Source: the human T2T-CHM13v2.0 reference genome, Homo sapiens. Taken from it: a DNA stretch of 64,000 bases. The stretch lies in NCBI RefSeq assembly GCF_009914755.1, contig NC_060933.1; one strand, given 5' to 3'. The position numbers were made by a program, and so were the translations under genes. Below, piece after piece: positions 1 to 15,800 of this stretch (within the stretch, counting starts at the first letter, position 1; each line of letters opens with the position of its first letter). Under the pieces are notes generated by a model, which saw only the letters and a program-made list of their open reading frames with translations, ran no database searches and had not been told where the DNA came from.

Positions 1-3000
1 GAATGGAATGGAATGGAATGGAATGGAATGGAGTTAACACTAATAGAATGGAATGGAATGGAATGGAACGGAACGGAATGGAATGGAATGGAATGGAATG
101 GAATGGTATGGAATGGAATGGAATGGTACGGAATAGAATGGAATGGAACGAATTGGGATGGAATGGAATCGAATGGAATGGAATGGAATGGAATGGAATC
201 AACGCGAGTGCAGGGGAATGTAATAGAACGGAATGCAATGGAATGGAATCATCCGGAATGGAATGGAATGGAATGGAATGGAATGGAATCAACCCGAGTG
301 CAATGGAATGGAGTGGAATGGAATGGAATGGAATGGAACAACCCGAATGGAATGGAAAGTAATGGAGAGTAAGGGAGTTGAATAGAATCAATCCGAATGG
401 AATGGAATGGAATGGAACGGAATGGAATGGAATGGAATGGAATGGAATGCAATGGAATGGAATCAACCCGAGTATAATGGAATGGAATGGAATGGAATGG
501 AATGGAATGGAATTGAATGGAATGGAATGGCTTCAAACCGAATGGAATGGAAAGGAATGGAATCAAGACGAGTGGAATGGAATGGAATGGAATGGAATGG
601 AATGGAATGGAATGGTACGGAATAGAATGGAATGGAACGAAATGGAATGGAATGGAATGGAATGGAATCGTTCCGAGTGGAATAGGAGGGAATGTAATCG
701 AGTGGAATGGAAAGGAATGGAATCAACCAGAGTGGAATGGAAAGGAATGGAATGGAATGGAATGGAATGGAATGGAATGGAATGGAATGGAATGGAATGG
801 AATCGTTCCGAGTGGAATAGGAGGGAATGTATTCGAGTGGAATGGAAAGGAGTGGAATCAACCAGAGTGGAATGGAAGGGAATGGAATGGAATGGAAACT
901 AATAGAATGGAATCAACCCGAGTGGAATGGAATGCAAAGGAATGGAATGGAATGGAATGGAATGGAATGGAATCAACTCGATTGTAATGGAATGGAATGG
1001 AATGGAATGGAATGGAATGGAGTGGAATGGAATTAACCCGAATACAATGGAATGGAATGGAATGGAACGGAATGGAGTGGAATGGAATTGAATCAACCCG
1101 AGGGCAGGGGAATGGAATGGAATGGAATGCAATGGAATGGAATCATCCGGAATGGAATGGAATGGAATGGAATGCAATGCAATGGAATCAACTCGATTGC
1201 AATGGAATGGAATGGAAAGGAATAGAATGGAATCAACCCGAGTGGAATGGAATGGAAAGGACTGGAATGGAATGGAATGGAATGGAATCAACTCGATTGT
1301 AATGGAATGGAATGGAATGGAATGGAATGGAATTAACCCGAATAGAATGGAATGGAATGGAATGGAACGGAATGGAATAGAATGGAATGGAATGGAATGG
1401 AATGGAAAGGAATCAACCCGAGTGCAGGGGAATGGAATGGAATGGAATGCAATGGAATGGAATCATCTGGAACGGAATGGAATGGAATGGAATGGAATCA
1501 ACTCGATTGCAATGGAATGGAATGGAATGAAATGGAATGGAATGGAATGGAATGGAATGGAATGGAATGGAATGGAATGGAATGGAATGGAATGGAATTC
1601 ACCCGAATAGAATGGAATGGAATGGAATGGAATGGAATGGAATGGAAAGGAATGGAAGGGGAGGGAATGGAATGTAATCAACCCGAGTGCAGGGGAATGG
1701 AATGGAATGGAATGCAATGGAATGGAATCATCTGGAATGGAATGGAATGGAATGGAATGGAATTGAATGGAATGGAATGGAATGGAATGGAATCAACCCG
1801 ATGCAATGGAATGGAGTGGAATGGAATGGAATGGAATGGAAACATCCCGAATGGAATGGAATGTAATGGAGTGTAAGGGAATTGAATAGAATCAATCCGA
1901 ATGTAATGGAATGGAATGGAATGAAATCGAATGGAATGGAATGGAATGGAATCAACCCGAGTGTAATGGCATGGAATGGAATGGAATGGAATGGGATGGA
2001 ATGGAATGGTACGGAATAGAATGGAATGGAATGGAATGGAATGGAATGGAATGAACCCGTGTGCAATGTAATGGAATGGAACGGAATGGAATGGATTCAA
2101 CTCGAAAGGAATCAACTCGATTGCAAAGGAATGGAATGGAATGGAAAGGAATAGAATGGAATCAACCCGGGTGGAATGGAATGGAAAGGACAGGAATGGA
2201 GTGGAATGGAATGGAAAGGTATTTAATCAAATCGATTGGAATGGAATGGAATGGAATGGAATGGAATGGAATCAACTCTATTGCAATGGAATGGAATGGA
2301 ATGGAATGGAATGGAATGGAATGGAATGGAATGGAATGGAATTAACCCGAATAGAATGGAATGGAATGGAGTGGAACGGAATGTAATGGAATGGAATGGA
2401 ATCAACCCGAGTGCAGGGGAATGGAATCGAATGGAATGCGATGGAATGGAATCATCCGGAATGGAATGGAATGGAATGGAATGGAATGGAATGGAATCAA
2501 CTCGATTTCAATGGAATGGAATGGAATATAATGGAATGGAATTAACACGAATAGAAAGGAATGGAATGGAATGGAATGGAACGGAAAGAATGGAGTGGAA
2601 TGGAATGGAATTAACCCGAGTGCAGGGTAATGGAATGGAATGGAATGCAATGGAATGGAATCATAGGTAATGGAATGGAAAGGAATGGAATGGAATGGAA
2701 TGGAATGGAATGGAATGGAATCAACTCGATTGTAATCGAATGGAATGGAATGGAATTAACCCGAATAGAATGGAATGAAATGGAATGGAACGGAACGGAA
2801 TTGAATGGAATGGAATGGAATGGAACGGAACGGAAAGGAATGGAATGGAATGGAATGGAATGGAATGGAATGGAATGGAATGGAATGGAATCAACGCGAG
2901 TGCAGGGGAATGGAATGGAATGGAATGCAATGGAATGGAATCTTCCGGAATGGAATGGAATGGAATGGAATGGAATGGAATGGAATGGAATGCAGTGGAT

Positions 3001-3032
3001 TCAACTCGATTGCAATGGAATGGAATAGAATG

Positions 3033-3985
3033 GAATGGAATGGAATGGAATGGAATGGAATGGAATTAACACTAATAGAATGGAATGGAATGGAATGGAA
3101 CGGAATGGAATGGAATGGAACGGAATGGAATGGAATGGAATGGTATGGAATGGAATGGAATGGTACGGAATAGAATGGAATGGAACGAATTGGAATGGAA
3201 TGGAATGGAATGGAATGGAATGGAATGGAATGGAATCAACGCGAGTGCAGGGGAATGTAATAGAACGGAATGCAATGGAATGGAATCATCCGGAATGGAA
3301 TGGAATGGAATGGAATGGAATGGAATCAACCCGAGTGCAATGGAATGGAGTGGAATGGAATGGAATTGAATGGAACAACCCGAAAGGAATGGAAAGTAAT
3401 GGAGATTAAGGCAGTTGAATAGAATGAATCCGAATGGAATGGAATGGAATGGAACGGAATGGAATGGAATGGAATGGAATGGAATGCAATGGAATGGAAT
3501 CAACCCGAGTACAATGGAATGGAATGGAATGGAATGGAATGGAATGGAATTGAATGGAATGGAATGGCTTCAAACCGAATGGAATGGAAAGGAATGGAAT
3601 CAAGACGAGTGGAATGGAATGGAATGGAATGGAATGGAATGGAATGGAATGGTACGGAATAGAATGGAATGGAACGAAATGGAATGGAATTGAATGGAAT
3701 GGAATCGTTCCGAGTGGAATAGGAGGGAATGTATTCGAGTGGAATGGAAAGGAATGGAATCAACCAGAGTGGAATGGAAAGGAATGGAATGGAATGGAAT
3801 GGAATGGAATGGAATGGAATCAACTCAATTGTAATGGAATGGAATGGAATGGAATGGAATTAACCCGAATACAATGGAATGGAATGGAATGGAACGGAAT
3901 GGAGTGAAATGGAATGGAATCAACCCGAGTGCAGGGGAATGTAACGGAACGGAATGCAATGGAATGGAATCATCCGGAATGGAAT
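3033..3985 (+). repeat. Duplicate of about 1-1140 (offset about 3032-3037) with internal deletion
   Basis: Shared private variants: TTAACACTAATAG (34/3066), GGAAAGTAATGGAGA, GGCTTCAAACCG and CAAGACGAGT (564/3601). ORF pairs 378/3415, 407/3444 and 517/3554 share the 3037 offset. Confidence 0.85.
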
Positions 3986-6784
3986 GGAATGGAATGGAAT
4001 GCAATGGAATGGAATCAACCCGAGTGCAATGGAATGGAGTGGAATGGAATGGAATGGAATGGAACAACCAGAATGGAATGTAATGTAATGGAGTGTAAGG
4101 GAGTTGAATAGAATCAATCCGAATGTAATGGAATGGAATGGAACGGAATGGAATGGAATGGAATGGAATGGAATGCAATGGAATGGAATCAACCGGAGTA
4201 CAAAGGATTGGAATGGAATGGAATGGAATGGAATGGAATGCAATGGAATGGAATCAACCCGAGTGCAATGGAATGGAGAGGAATGGAATGCAATGGAATG
4301 GAAACTACCTGAAAGGAATGGAATGTAATGAAGTGTAAGGGAATTCAATAGAATCAATCCGAATGTAATGGAATGGAATGGAACGGAATGGAATGGAATG
4401 GAATGGAATTCAATGGAATGGAATCAACCCGAGTGCAATCGAATGGAATCGAATTGAATGGAATGCAATGGAATGGATTCAACTTGAATGGAATGGAAAG
4501 AATGGAATCAACACGAGCGGAATGGCATGGATTGGAATGGAATGGAATGGAATCAACCCGAGTACAGGGGAATGGAATGGAATGGAATGCAATAGAATGG
4601 AATCATCAGTAATGGAATGGAAAGGAATGGAATGGAATGGAATTGAATGGAATGAAATCGATTGCAATCGAATGGAATGGAATGGAATTAAACCGAATAG
4701 AATGGAATGGAATGGAATGGAATGGAACGGAACGGAACGGAACGGAATGGAATGGAATGGAATGGAATGGAATGGAATGGAATGGAATCAACGTGTGTGC
4801 AGGGGAATGGAATGGAATGGAATGCAATGGAATGGAATCTTCCAGAATGGAATGGAATGGAATTAAATGGAATGGAATGGAATGCAATGGATTCAACTCG
4901 ATTGCAATGGAATGGAATAGAATGGAATGAATGGAATGGAATTAACCCTAATAGAATGGAATGGAATGGAATGGAATGGAATTAACCCTAATAGAATGGA
5001 ATGGAATGGAATGGAACGGAATGGAACGGAACGGAATGGAATGGAATGGAATGGAATGGAGTGGAATGGTATGGAATGGAATGGAATGGTACGGAATAGA
5101 ATGGAATGGGACGAATTGGAATGGAATGGAATGGAACGGAATGGAATGGAATGGAATGGAGTGGAATGGAATCAACCCGAGTGCAATTGAATGGAATCGA
5201 ATGGAATGGAATGCAATGGAATGGATTCAACTTGAATGGAAAGGAAAGAATGGAATCAACACGAGTGGAATGGCATGGATTGGAATGGAATGGAATGGAA
5301 TCAACCTGAGAACAGGGGAATGGAATGGAATGGAATGCAATGGAATGGAATCATCCGTAATGGAATGGAAACGAATGGAATGGAATGGAATGGAATGGAA
5401 TGGAATGGAATGGAATGGAATGGAATCAACTCGATTGCAATCGAATGGAATGGAATGGAATTAACCCGAATAGAATGGAATGGAATGGAATGGAACGGAA
5501 CGGAATGGAATGGAATGGAATGGAATGGAATGGAAAGGAATGGAATGGAATGGAATGGAATGGAATGGAATGGAATGGAATCAACGCGAGTGCAGGGGAA
5601 TGGAATGGAATCGAATGGAATGGAATGGATTGGAATGGAATCAACCCGAGTGCAGGGGAATGTAATGCAACAGAATGCAATGGAATGGAATCATCCGGAA
5701 TGGAATGGAATGGAATGGAATGGAATCAACCCGAGTGCAATGGAATGGAGTGGAATGGAATGGAATGGACTGGAACAACCCGAATGGAATGGAATGTAAT
5801 GGAGAGTAAGGGAGTTGAAAAGAATCAATCCGAATGTAATGGAATGGAATGGAACGGAATGGAATGGAATGGAATGGAATGGAATGGAATGGAATGCAAT
5901 GGAATGCAATCAAACCGAGTACAATGGAATGGAATGGAATGGAATGGAATGTAATGGAGAGTAAGGGAGTTGAAAAGAATCAATCCGAATGTAATGGAAT
6001 GGAATGGAACGGAATGGAATGGAATGGAATGGAATGGAATGCAATGGAATGCAATCAAACCGAGTACAATGGAATGGAATGGAATGGAATGGAATGGAAT
6101 GGAATGGAATGGAATGGAATGCAATGGAATGGAATGGAATGGAATGGAATGGAATGGAATGGAATGCAATGGAATGGAATCTTCCGGAATGGAATGGAAT
6201 GGAATGGAATGGAATGGAATGGAATGCAATGGATTCAACTCGATTGCAATGGAATGGAATAGAATGGAATGGAATGGAATGGAATGGAATGGAATTAAAC
6301 CGAATAGAATGGAATGGAATGGAATGGAACGGAACGGAACGGAACGGAGTGGAATGGAATGGAATGGAATTGTATGGAATGGAATGGAATGGTACGGAAT
6401 AGAATGGAATGGAAAGAATTGGAATGGAATGGAATGGAATGGAATGGAATGGAATGGAATGAAATGGAATCAACCCGAGTGCAGGGGAATGTAATGGAAC
6501 GGAATGCAATGGAATGGAATCATCCGGAATGGAATGCAATGGAATGCAATGCAATGGAATGGAATGGAATGGAATCAACCCGAGTGCAATGGAATGGAGT
6601 GGAGTGGAATGGAATGGAATGGAACAACCCGAATGGAATGGAGTGTAATGGAGAGTAAGGGAGTTGAATAGAATCAATCCGAATGTAATGGAATAGAACG
6701 GAATGGAATGGAATGGAATGGAATGGAATGGAATGGAATGGAATGGAATGGAATGCAATGGAATGGAATCAACCCGAGTACAAT

Positions 6785-6814
6785 GTAATGTAATGTAATG
6801 TAATGTAATGTAAT
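6785..6814 (+). repeat. (GTAAT)6 secondary microsatellite nested in the array
   Basis: Six consecutive GTAAT units after CAACCCGAGTACAAT. Homologous runs: x4 at 16671-16690, x3 at 27348-27362, x5 at 47330-47354, and an interrupted run at 57239. Confidence 0.9.
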
Positions 6815-9800
6815 GGAATGTAATGGAATGCAATGGAATGGAATGGAATGGAATCAACCCGAGTGCAATGGAATGGAGAGGAATGGAATGGAATGGAATG
6901 GAAACTACCCGAATGGAATGGAATGTAATGGAGTGTAAGGGAATTGAATAGAATCAATCCGAATGGAATGGAATGGAATGGAACGGAATGTAATGGAATG
7001 GAATGGAATGGAATCAACGCGAGTGCAGGGGAATGGAATGGAATGGAATGCAATGGAATGGAATCATCCGGAATGGAATGGAATGGAATGCAATGGAATG
7101 GAATTGAATGGAATCAACCCGAGTGCAATGGAATGGAGTGAAATGGAATGGAATGGAATGGAAACAACCAGAATGGATTGGAATATAATGGAGTGTAAGG
7201 GAATTGAATAGAATCAATCTGAATGTAATGAAATGGAATGGAACGGAACGGAATGGAATGGAATGGAATGGAATGGAATGGAATGGAATGCAATGGAATG
7301 GAATCAACCCGAGTGAAATCGAATGGAATAGAATGGAATGGAATGCAATGGAATGGATTCAACTTGAATGGAATGGAAAGAATGGAATCAACACGAGTGG
7401 AATGGCATGGATTGGAATGGAATGGAATGGAATCAACCCGAGTACAGGGGAATGGAATGGAATGGAATGCAATGGAATGGAATCATCCGTAATGGAATGG
7501 AAAGGAATGGAATGGAATGGAATGGAATGGAATGGAATGGAATCAACTCGATTGCAATCGAATGGAATGGAATGGAATTAACCCGAATAAAATGGAATGG
7601 AATGGAATGGAACGGAACGGAATGGAATGGAATGGAATGGAATGGAATGGAAAGGAAGGGAATGGAATGGAATAGAAGGGAATGGAATGGAATCAACGCT
7701 AGTGCAGGGGAATGGAATGGAATGGAATGCAATGGAATGGAATCTTCCGGAATGGAATGGAATGGAATGGAATGGAATGGAATAAACCCGAGTGCAATGG
7801 AATGGAGTGGAATGGAATGGAATGGAATGGAAACTACCCGAATGGAATGGAATGTAATGGAGTGTAAGGGAATTGAATAGAATCAATCCGAATGTAATGG
7901 AATGGAATGGAGCGGAATGGAATGGAATGGAACGAAATGGAATGGAATGAAATGCAATGGAATGGAATCAACCCGAGTGCAATCGAATGGAATCGAATGG
8001 AATGGAATGCAATGGAATGGATTCAACTTGAATGGAATGGAAAGAATGGAATCAACACGAGTGGAATGGCATGGATTGGAATGGAATGGAATGGAATCAA
8101 CCCGAGTACAGGGGAATGGAATGGAATGGAATGCAATGGAATGGAATCATCCGTAATGGAATGGAAAGGAATGGAATGGAATGGAATGGAATGGAATGGA
8201 ATGGAATGGAATGGAATGGAATGGAATGGAATCAACTCGATTGCAATCGAATGGAATGGAATGGAATTAATCCGAATACAATGGAATGGAATGGAATGGA
8301 ACGGAACGGAATGGAATGGAATGGAATGGAATGGAACGGAACGGAATGGAATGGAATGGAATGGAATGGAATGGAATGGAATCAACGCGAGTGAAGGGGA
8401 ATGGAATGGAATGGAATGCAATGGAATGGAATCTTCCGGAATGGAATGGAATGGAATGGAATGGAATGAAATGCAATGGATTCAACTCGATTGCAATGGA
8501 ATGGAATAGAATGGAATGGAATGGAATGGAAGGGAATTAATCCGAATAGAAAGGAATGGAATGGAATGGAACGGAATGGAACGGAATGGAATGGAATGGA
8601 AAGGAATGGTATGGAATGGAATGGAATTTTATGGAATAGAATGGAATGGAACGAATTGTAATGGAATGGAATTGAATGGAATGGAATGGAATGGAATGGA
8701 ATCAACGCGAGTGCATGGGAATGTAATGGAACGGAATGCAATGGAATGGAATCATCCGGAATGGAATGGAATGGAATGGAATCAACACGAGTGCAATGGA
8801 ATGGAGTGGAATGTAATGGAATGGAATGGAACAACCCGAATGGAATGGAATGTAATGGAGAGTAAGGGAGTTGAATAGAATCAATCCGAATGTAATGGAA
8901 TGGAATGCAACGGAATGGAATGGAATGAAATGGAATGGAATGCCATGGAAAGGAATCAACCCGAGTACAATGGAATGGAATGGAATGGAATGGAATGGAA
9001 TGGAATGGAAAGATACGGAATAGATTGGAATGCAACGAAATGGAATGGAATGGAATGGAATGGAATGGAATGGAATGGAATGGAATGGAATGGAATCGTT
9101 CCGAGTGGAATAGGAGGGAATGTATTCGAGTGGAATGGAAAGGAATGGAATCAACCAGAGTGCAATGGGAGGGAATGGAATGGAATGCAAACTAATAGAA
9201 TGGAATCAACCCGAGTGGAATGGAATGGAAAGGACTGGAATGGAATGGAATGTAATGGAATCAACTCGATTGTAATGGAATGGAATGGAATGGAATGGAA
9301 TGGAATGGAATGGAATGGAATTAACCCGAATACAATGGAATGGAATGGAATGGAACGGAATGGAGTGGAATGGAATGGAATCAACCCGAGTGCAGGGGAA
9401 TGGAATGGAATTGAATGCATTGGAATGGAATCATCCGGAATGGAATGGAATGGAATGGAATGCAAAGCAATGGAATCAACTCGATTGCAATGGAATGGAA
9501 TGGAATGGAAAGGAATACATTGGAATCAACCCGAGTGGAATGGAATGGAAAGGACTGGAATGGAGTGGAATGGAATGGAATGGAATGGAATCAACTCGAT
9601 TGGAATGGAATGGAATGGAATGGAATTAAACCGAATAGAATGGAATGGAATGGAATGGAATGGAACGGAACGGAATGGAATGGAATGGAATGGAATGGAA
9701 TGGAATCAACCCGACTGCAGGGGAATGGAATGGAATAGAATGGAATGGAATGGAATGGAATCATCCGGAACGGAATGGAATGGAATGGAATGGAATCAAC

Positions 9801-12800
9801 TCGATTGCAATGGAATGGAATGGAATGGAATGGAATCGAATGGAATGGAATGGAATTAACCGGAATAGAATGGAATGGAATGGAATGGAACGGAATGGAA
9901 TGGAATGGAATGCAATGGAATGGAATCAACCCGAGTGCAGGGGAATGGAATGGAATGGAATGCAATGGAATGGAATCATCCGTAATGGAATGGAAAGGAA
10001 TGGAATGGAATGGAATGGAATGGAATGGAATGGAATCAACGCGAGTGCAGGGGAATGGAATGGAATGGAATGGAATGAAATGGAATGGAATGTTCCGGAA
10101 TGGAATGGAATGGAATGGAATGGAATGGAATGGAATGGAATCAACCCGAGTGCAATGGAATGGAGTGGAATGGAATGGAATGGAATGGAACAACCCGAAT
10201 GGAATGGAATGTAATGGAGAGTAAGGGAGTTGAATAGAATCAATCCGAATGTAATGGAATGGAATGGAACGGAATGGAATTGAATGGAATGGAATGGAAT
10301 GCAATGGAATGGAATCAACCCGAGTGCAATGGAATGGAGAGGAATGGAATGGAATGGAATGGAAACTACCCGAATGGAATGGAATGTAATGGAGTGTAAG
10401 GGAATTGAATAGAATCAATCGGAATGTAATGGACTGGAATGGAACGGAATGTAATGGAATGGAATGGAATGGAATGGAATGCAATGGAATGGAATCAACC
10501 CGAGTGCAGTCGAATGGAATCGAATGGAATGGAATGCAATGGAATGGATTCAACTTGAATGGAATGGAAAGAATGGCATCAACACGAGTGGAATGGCATG
10601 GATTGGAATGGAATGGAATGGAATCAACCAGAGTACAGGGGAATGGAATGGAATGGAATGCAATGGAATGGAATCATCCGTAATGGAATGGAAAGGAATG
10701 GAATGGAATGGTATGGAATGGAATGGAATGGTACGGAATAGAATGGAATGGAACGAATTGTAATAGAATGGAATTGAATGGAATGGAATGGAATCAACGC
10801 GAGTGCAGGGGAATGTAATGGAACGGAATGCAATGGAATGGAATCATCCGGAATGGAATGGAATGGAATGGAATGGAATGGAATGGAATAAACCCGAGTG
10901 CAATGGAATGGAGTGGAATGGAAACAACCAGAATGGATTGGAATCTAATGGAGTGTAAGGTAATTGAATAGAATCAATCTGAATGTAATGAAATGGAATG
11001 GAACCGAATGGAATGGAATGGAATGGAATGGAATGGAATGCAATGGAATGGAATCAACCCTAGTACAATGGAATGGAATGGAATGGAATGGAATGGCATG
11101 GAATGGAATGCAATGGAATGGAATCTTCCGGAATGGAATGGAATGGAATGGAATGGAATGGAATGCAATGGATTCAACTCGATTGCAATGGAATGGGATA
11201 GAATGGAATGGAATGGAAAGGAATGGAATTAAACCGAATAGAATGGAATGGAATGGAATGGAACGGAACGTAACGGAACGGAACGGAGTGGAATGGAATG
11301 GAATGGAATTGTATGGAATGGAATGGAATGGTACGGAATAGAATGGAATGGAAAGAATTGGAATAGAATGGAATCGAATCGAATGGAATGGAATGGAATG
11401 GAATCAACACGAGTGCAGGGGAATGTAATGGAACGGAATGCAATGGAATGGAATCATCCGAAATGGAATGGAATGGAATGGAATGGAATGGAATGGAATG
11501 GAATGGAATGGAATCAACCCGAGTGCAATGGAATGGAGTGAAATGGAATGGAATGGAATGGAACAACCCGAATGGAATGGAATGTAATGGAGAGTAAGGG
11601 AGTTGAATAGAATCAATCCGAATGTAATGGAATGGAACGGAATGGAATGGAATGGAATGGAATGGAATGCAATATAATGGAATCAACCCGAGTGCAATCG
11701 AATGGAATCGAATGGAATGGAATGCAATGGAATGGATTCAACTTGAATGGAAAGTAAAGAATGGAATCAACACGAGTGGAATGGCATGGATTGGAATGGA
11801 ATGGAATGGAATCAACCCGAGTACAGGGGAATGGAATGGAATGGAATGCAATGGAATGGAATCATCCGTAATGGAATGGAAAGGAATGGAATGGAATGGA
11901 ATGGAATGGAATGGAATGGAATGGAATCAACTCGATTGCAATCGAATGGAATGGAATGGAATTAACCCGAATAGAATGGAATGGAATGGAATGCAACGGA
12001 ACGGAATGGAATGGAATGGAATGGAATGGAATGGAACGGAAAGGAAGGGAATGGAATGGAATAGAATGGAATGGAATGGAATCAACGCGAGTGCAGGGGA
12101 ATGGAATGGAATGGAATGGAATGCAATGGAATGGAATGTTCCGGAATGGAATGGAATGGAATGGAATGGAATGGAATGGAATGGAATCAACCCGAGTGCA
12201 ATGGAATGGAGTGGAATGGAATGGAATGGAATGGAACAACCCGAATGGAATGGAATGTAATGGAGAGTAAGGGAGTTGAATAGAATCAATCCGAATGTAA
12301 TGGAATGGAATGGAACGGAATGGAATTGAATGGAATGGAATGGAATGCAATGGAATGGAATGCATCCGAGTGCAATGGAATGGAGAGGAATGGAATGGAA
12401 TGGAATGGAAACTACCCGAATGGAATGGAATGTAATGGAGTGTAAGGGAATTGAATAGAATCAATCGGAATGTAATGGACTGGAATGGAACTGAATTTAA
12501 TGGAATGTAATGGAATGGAATGGAATGCAATGGAATGGAATCAACCCAAGTGCAATCGAATGGAATCGAATGGAATGGAATGCAATGGAATGGACTCAAC
12601 TTGAATGGAATGGAAAGAATGGAATCAACACGAGTGGAATGGCATGGATTGGAATGGAATGGAATGGAATCAACCCGAGTACAGGGGAATGGAATGGAAT
12701 GGAATGCAATGGAATGGAATCATCCGTAATGGAATGGAAAGGAATGGAATGGAATGGAAAGGAATGGAATGGAATGGAATGGAATGGAATGGAATGGAAT

Positions 12801-15800
12801 GGAATCAACTCGATTGCAATCGAATGGAATGGAATGGAATTAACCCGAATAGAATGGAATGGAATGGAATGGAACGGAACAGAATGGAATGGAATGGAAT
12901 GGAATGGAATGGAATGGAACGGAACGGAATGGAATGGAATGGAATGGAATAGAATCAACGCGAGAGCAGGGGAATTGAATGGAATGGAATGCAATGGAAT
13001 GGAATCTTCCGGAATGGAATGGAATGGAATGGAATGGAATGAAATGCAATGGATTCAACTCGATTGCAATGGAATGGAATAGAATGGAATGGAATGGAAT
13101 GGAATGGAATTAATCCGAATAGAATGGAATTGAATGGAATGGAACGGAATGGAACGGAATGGAATGGAATGGAATGGAATGGTATGGAATGGAATGGAAT
13201 GGTACGGAATAGAATGGAATGGAACGAATTGTAATGGAATGGAATTGAATTGAATGGAATGGAATGGAATGGAATCAACGCGAGAGCTGGGGAATGTAAT
13301 GGAACGGAATGCAATGGAATGGAATCATCCGGAATGGAATGGAATGGAATGGAATCAACCCGAGTGCAATGGAATGGAGTGGAATGGAATGGAATGGAAT
13401 GGAACAACCCGAATGGAATGGAATGTAATGGAGAGTAAGGGAGTTGAATAGAATCAATCCGAATGTAATGGAATGGAATGCAACGGAATGGAATGGTATG
13501 GAATGCAATGGAATGGAATCAACCCGAGTACAATGGAATGGAATGGAATGGAATGGAATGGAATGGAATGGAATGGAATGGAATGGAATGGAATTGAATG
13601 GAATGGAATGGAATGGAATGCCTTCAAACCGAATGGAATGGAAAGGAGTGGAATCAACACGAGTGGAATGGAATGGAATGGAATGGAATGGAATGGAATG
13701 GAATGATACGGAATAGAATGTAATGGAACGAAATGGAATGGAATGGAATGGAATGGAATGGAATGGAATGGAATGGAATCGTTCCGAGTGGAATAGGAGG
13801 GAATGTATTCGAGTGTAATGGAAAGGAATGGAATCAACAAGAGTGGAATGGAAGGGAATGGAATGGAAGGGAAACTAATAGAATGGAATCAACCCGAGTG
13901 GAATGGAATGGAAAGGACTGGAAGGGAATGGAATGGAATGGAATCAACTCGATTGTAATGGAATGGAATGGAATGGAATTGAATGGAATGGAATTAACCC
14001 GAATACAATGGAATGGAATGGAATGGAACGCAATGGAGTGGAATGGCATGGATTCAACCCGAGTGCAGGGGATTGGAATGGAATGGAATGCAATGGAATG
14101 GAATCATCCGGAATGGAATGGAATGGAATGGAATGGAATGGAATGGAATCTACCCGACTGCAGGGGAATGGAATGGAATGGAATGCAATGGAATGGATTC
14201 AACTTGAATGGAATGGAAAGAATGGAATCAACACGAGTGGAATGACATGGATTGGAATGGAATGGAATGGAATGGAATCAACCCGAGTACAGGGTAATGG
14301 AATGGAATGGAATGCAATGGAATGGAATCATCCGTAATGGAATGGAAAGGAATGGAATGGAATGGAATGGAATGGAATCGAATGGAATCAACTCGATTGC
14401 AATCGAATGGAATGGAATGGAACTAACCCGAATAGAATGGAATGGAATGGAATGGAACGGAAAGGAACGGAATGGAATGGATTGGCATGGAATGGAATGG
14501 AATGGAATGGAACGGAAAGGAATGGAATTGAATGGAATGGAATCCATCTGAGTGCAGGGGAATGGAATGGAATGGAATGCAATGGAATGGAATCTTCCGG
14601 AATGGAATGGAATGGAATGGAATGGAATGGAATGAAATGGAATGGAATGGAATAAACCCGAGTGCAATGGAATGGAGTGGAATGGAATGGATTGGAATGG
14701 AAAAACCCGAATGGAATGGAATGTAATGGAGAGTAAGGGAGTTGAATAGAATCAATCCGAATGTAATGGAATGGAATGGAACGGAATGGAATGGAATGGA
14801 ATGGAATGGAATGCAATGGAATGGAATCAACCCGAGTGCAATGGAATGGAGAGGAATGGAATGGAGTGGAATGGAAACTACCCCAATGGAATGGAATGGA
14901 ATGGAGTGTAAGGGAATTGAATATAATCAATCCGAATGTAATGGAATGGAATGGTACGGAATGGAATGGAATGGAATGGAATGGAATGGAATTCAATGGA
15001 ATGGAATCAACCCGAGTGCAATCGAATGGAATCGAATGGAATGGAATGCAATGGAATGGATTCAACTTGAATGGAATGGAAAGAATGGAATCAACACGAG
15101 TGGAATGGCATGGATTGGAATGGAATGGAATGGAATCAACCCGAGTACAGGGGAATGGAATGGAATGGAATGCAATGGAATGGAATCATCCGTAATGGAA
15201 TGGAAAGGAATGGAATGGAATGGAATGGAATGGAATGGAATGTAATAGAATGGACTCAACTCGATTGCAATCGAATGGAATGGAATGGAATTAACCCGAA
15301 TAGAATGGAATTGAATAGAATGGAATGGAACCGAACGGAATGGCATGGAATGGAATGGAATGCAACGGAACGGAATGGAATGGAATGGAATGGAATGGAA
15401 TGGAATGGAATGGAATCAACGCGAGTGCAGGGGAATGGAATGGAATGGAATGCAATGGAATGGAATCTTCCGGAATGGAATGGAATGAAATGGAATGGAA
15501 TGAAATGCAATGGATTCAACTCGATTGCAATGGAATGGAATAGAATGGAATGGAATGGAATGGAATGGAATTAACCCAAATAGAATGGAATGGAATGGAA
15601 TGGAACGGAATGGAACGGAATGGAATGGAATGGAATGGAATGGAATGGTATGGAATGGAATGGAATGGTACGGAATAGAATGGAATGGAACGAATTGTAA
15701 TGGAATGGAATTGAATGGAATGGAATGGAATGCAATGGAATCAACGCGAGTGCAGGGGAATGTAATGGAACGGAATGCAATGGAATGGAATCATCCGGAA

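Noticed and set aside
669-705. CGTTCCGAGT module as an additional HSE; AGGAGG as a Shine-Dalgarno site
   Set aside because: GAA and TTC are separated by 3 bp rather than 2, so they are out of HSE register. AGGAGG is a decayed pentamer pair in eukaryotic satellite DNA with no real CDS downstream.
4943-4991. Telomere-like TAACCCTAA (4943-4951, 4983-4991; also 63017-63025)
   Set aside because: This is a single G>T change in the common TAACCCGAA spacer. There is no tandem (CCCTAA)n, so it is not an interstitial telomere.
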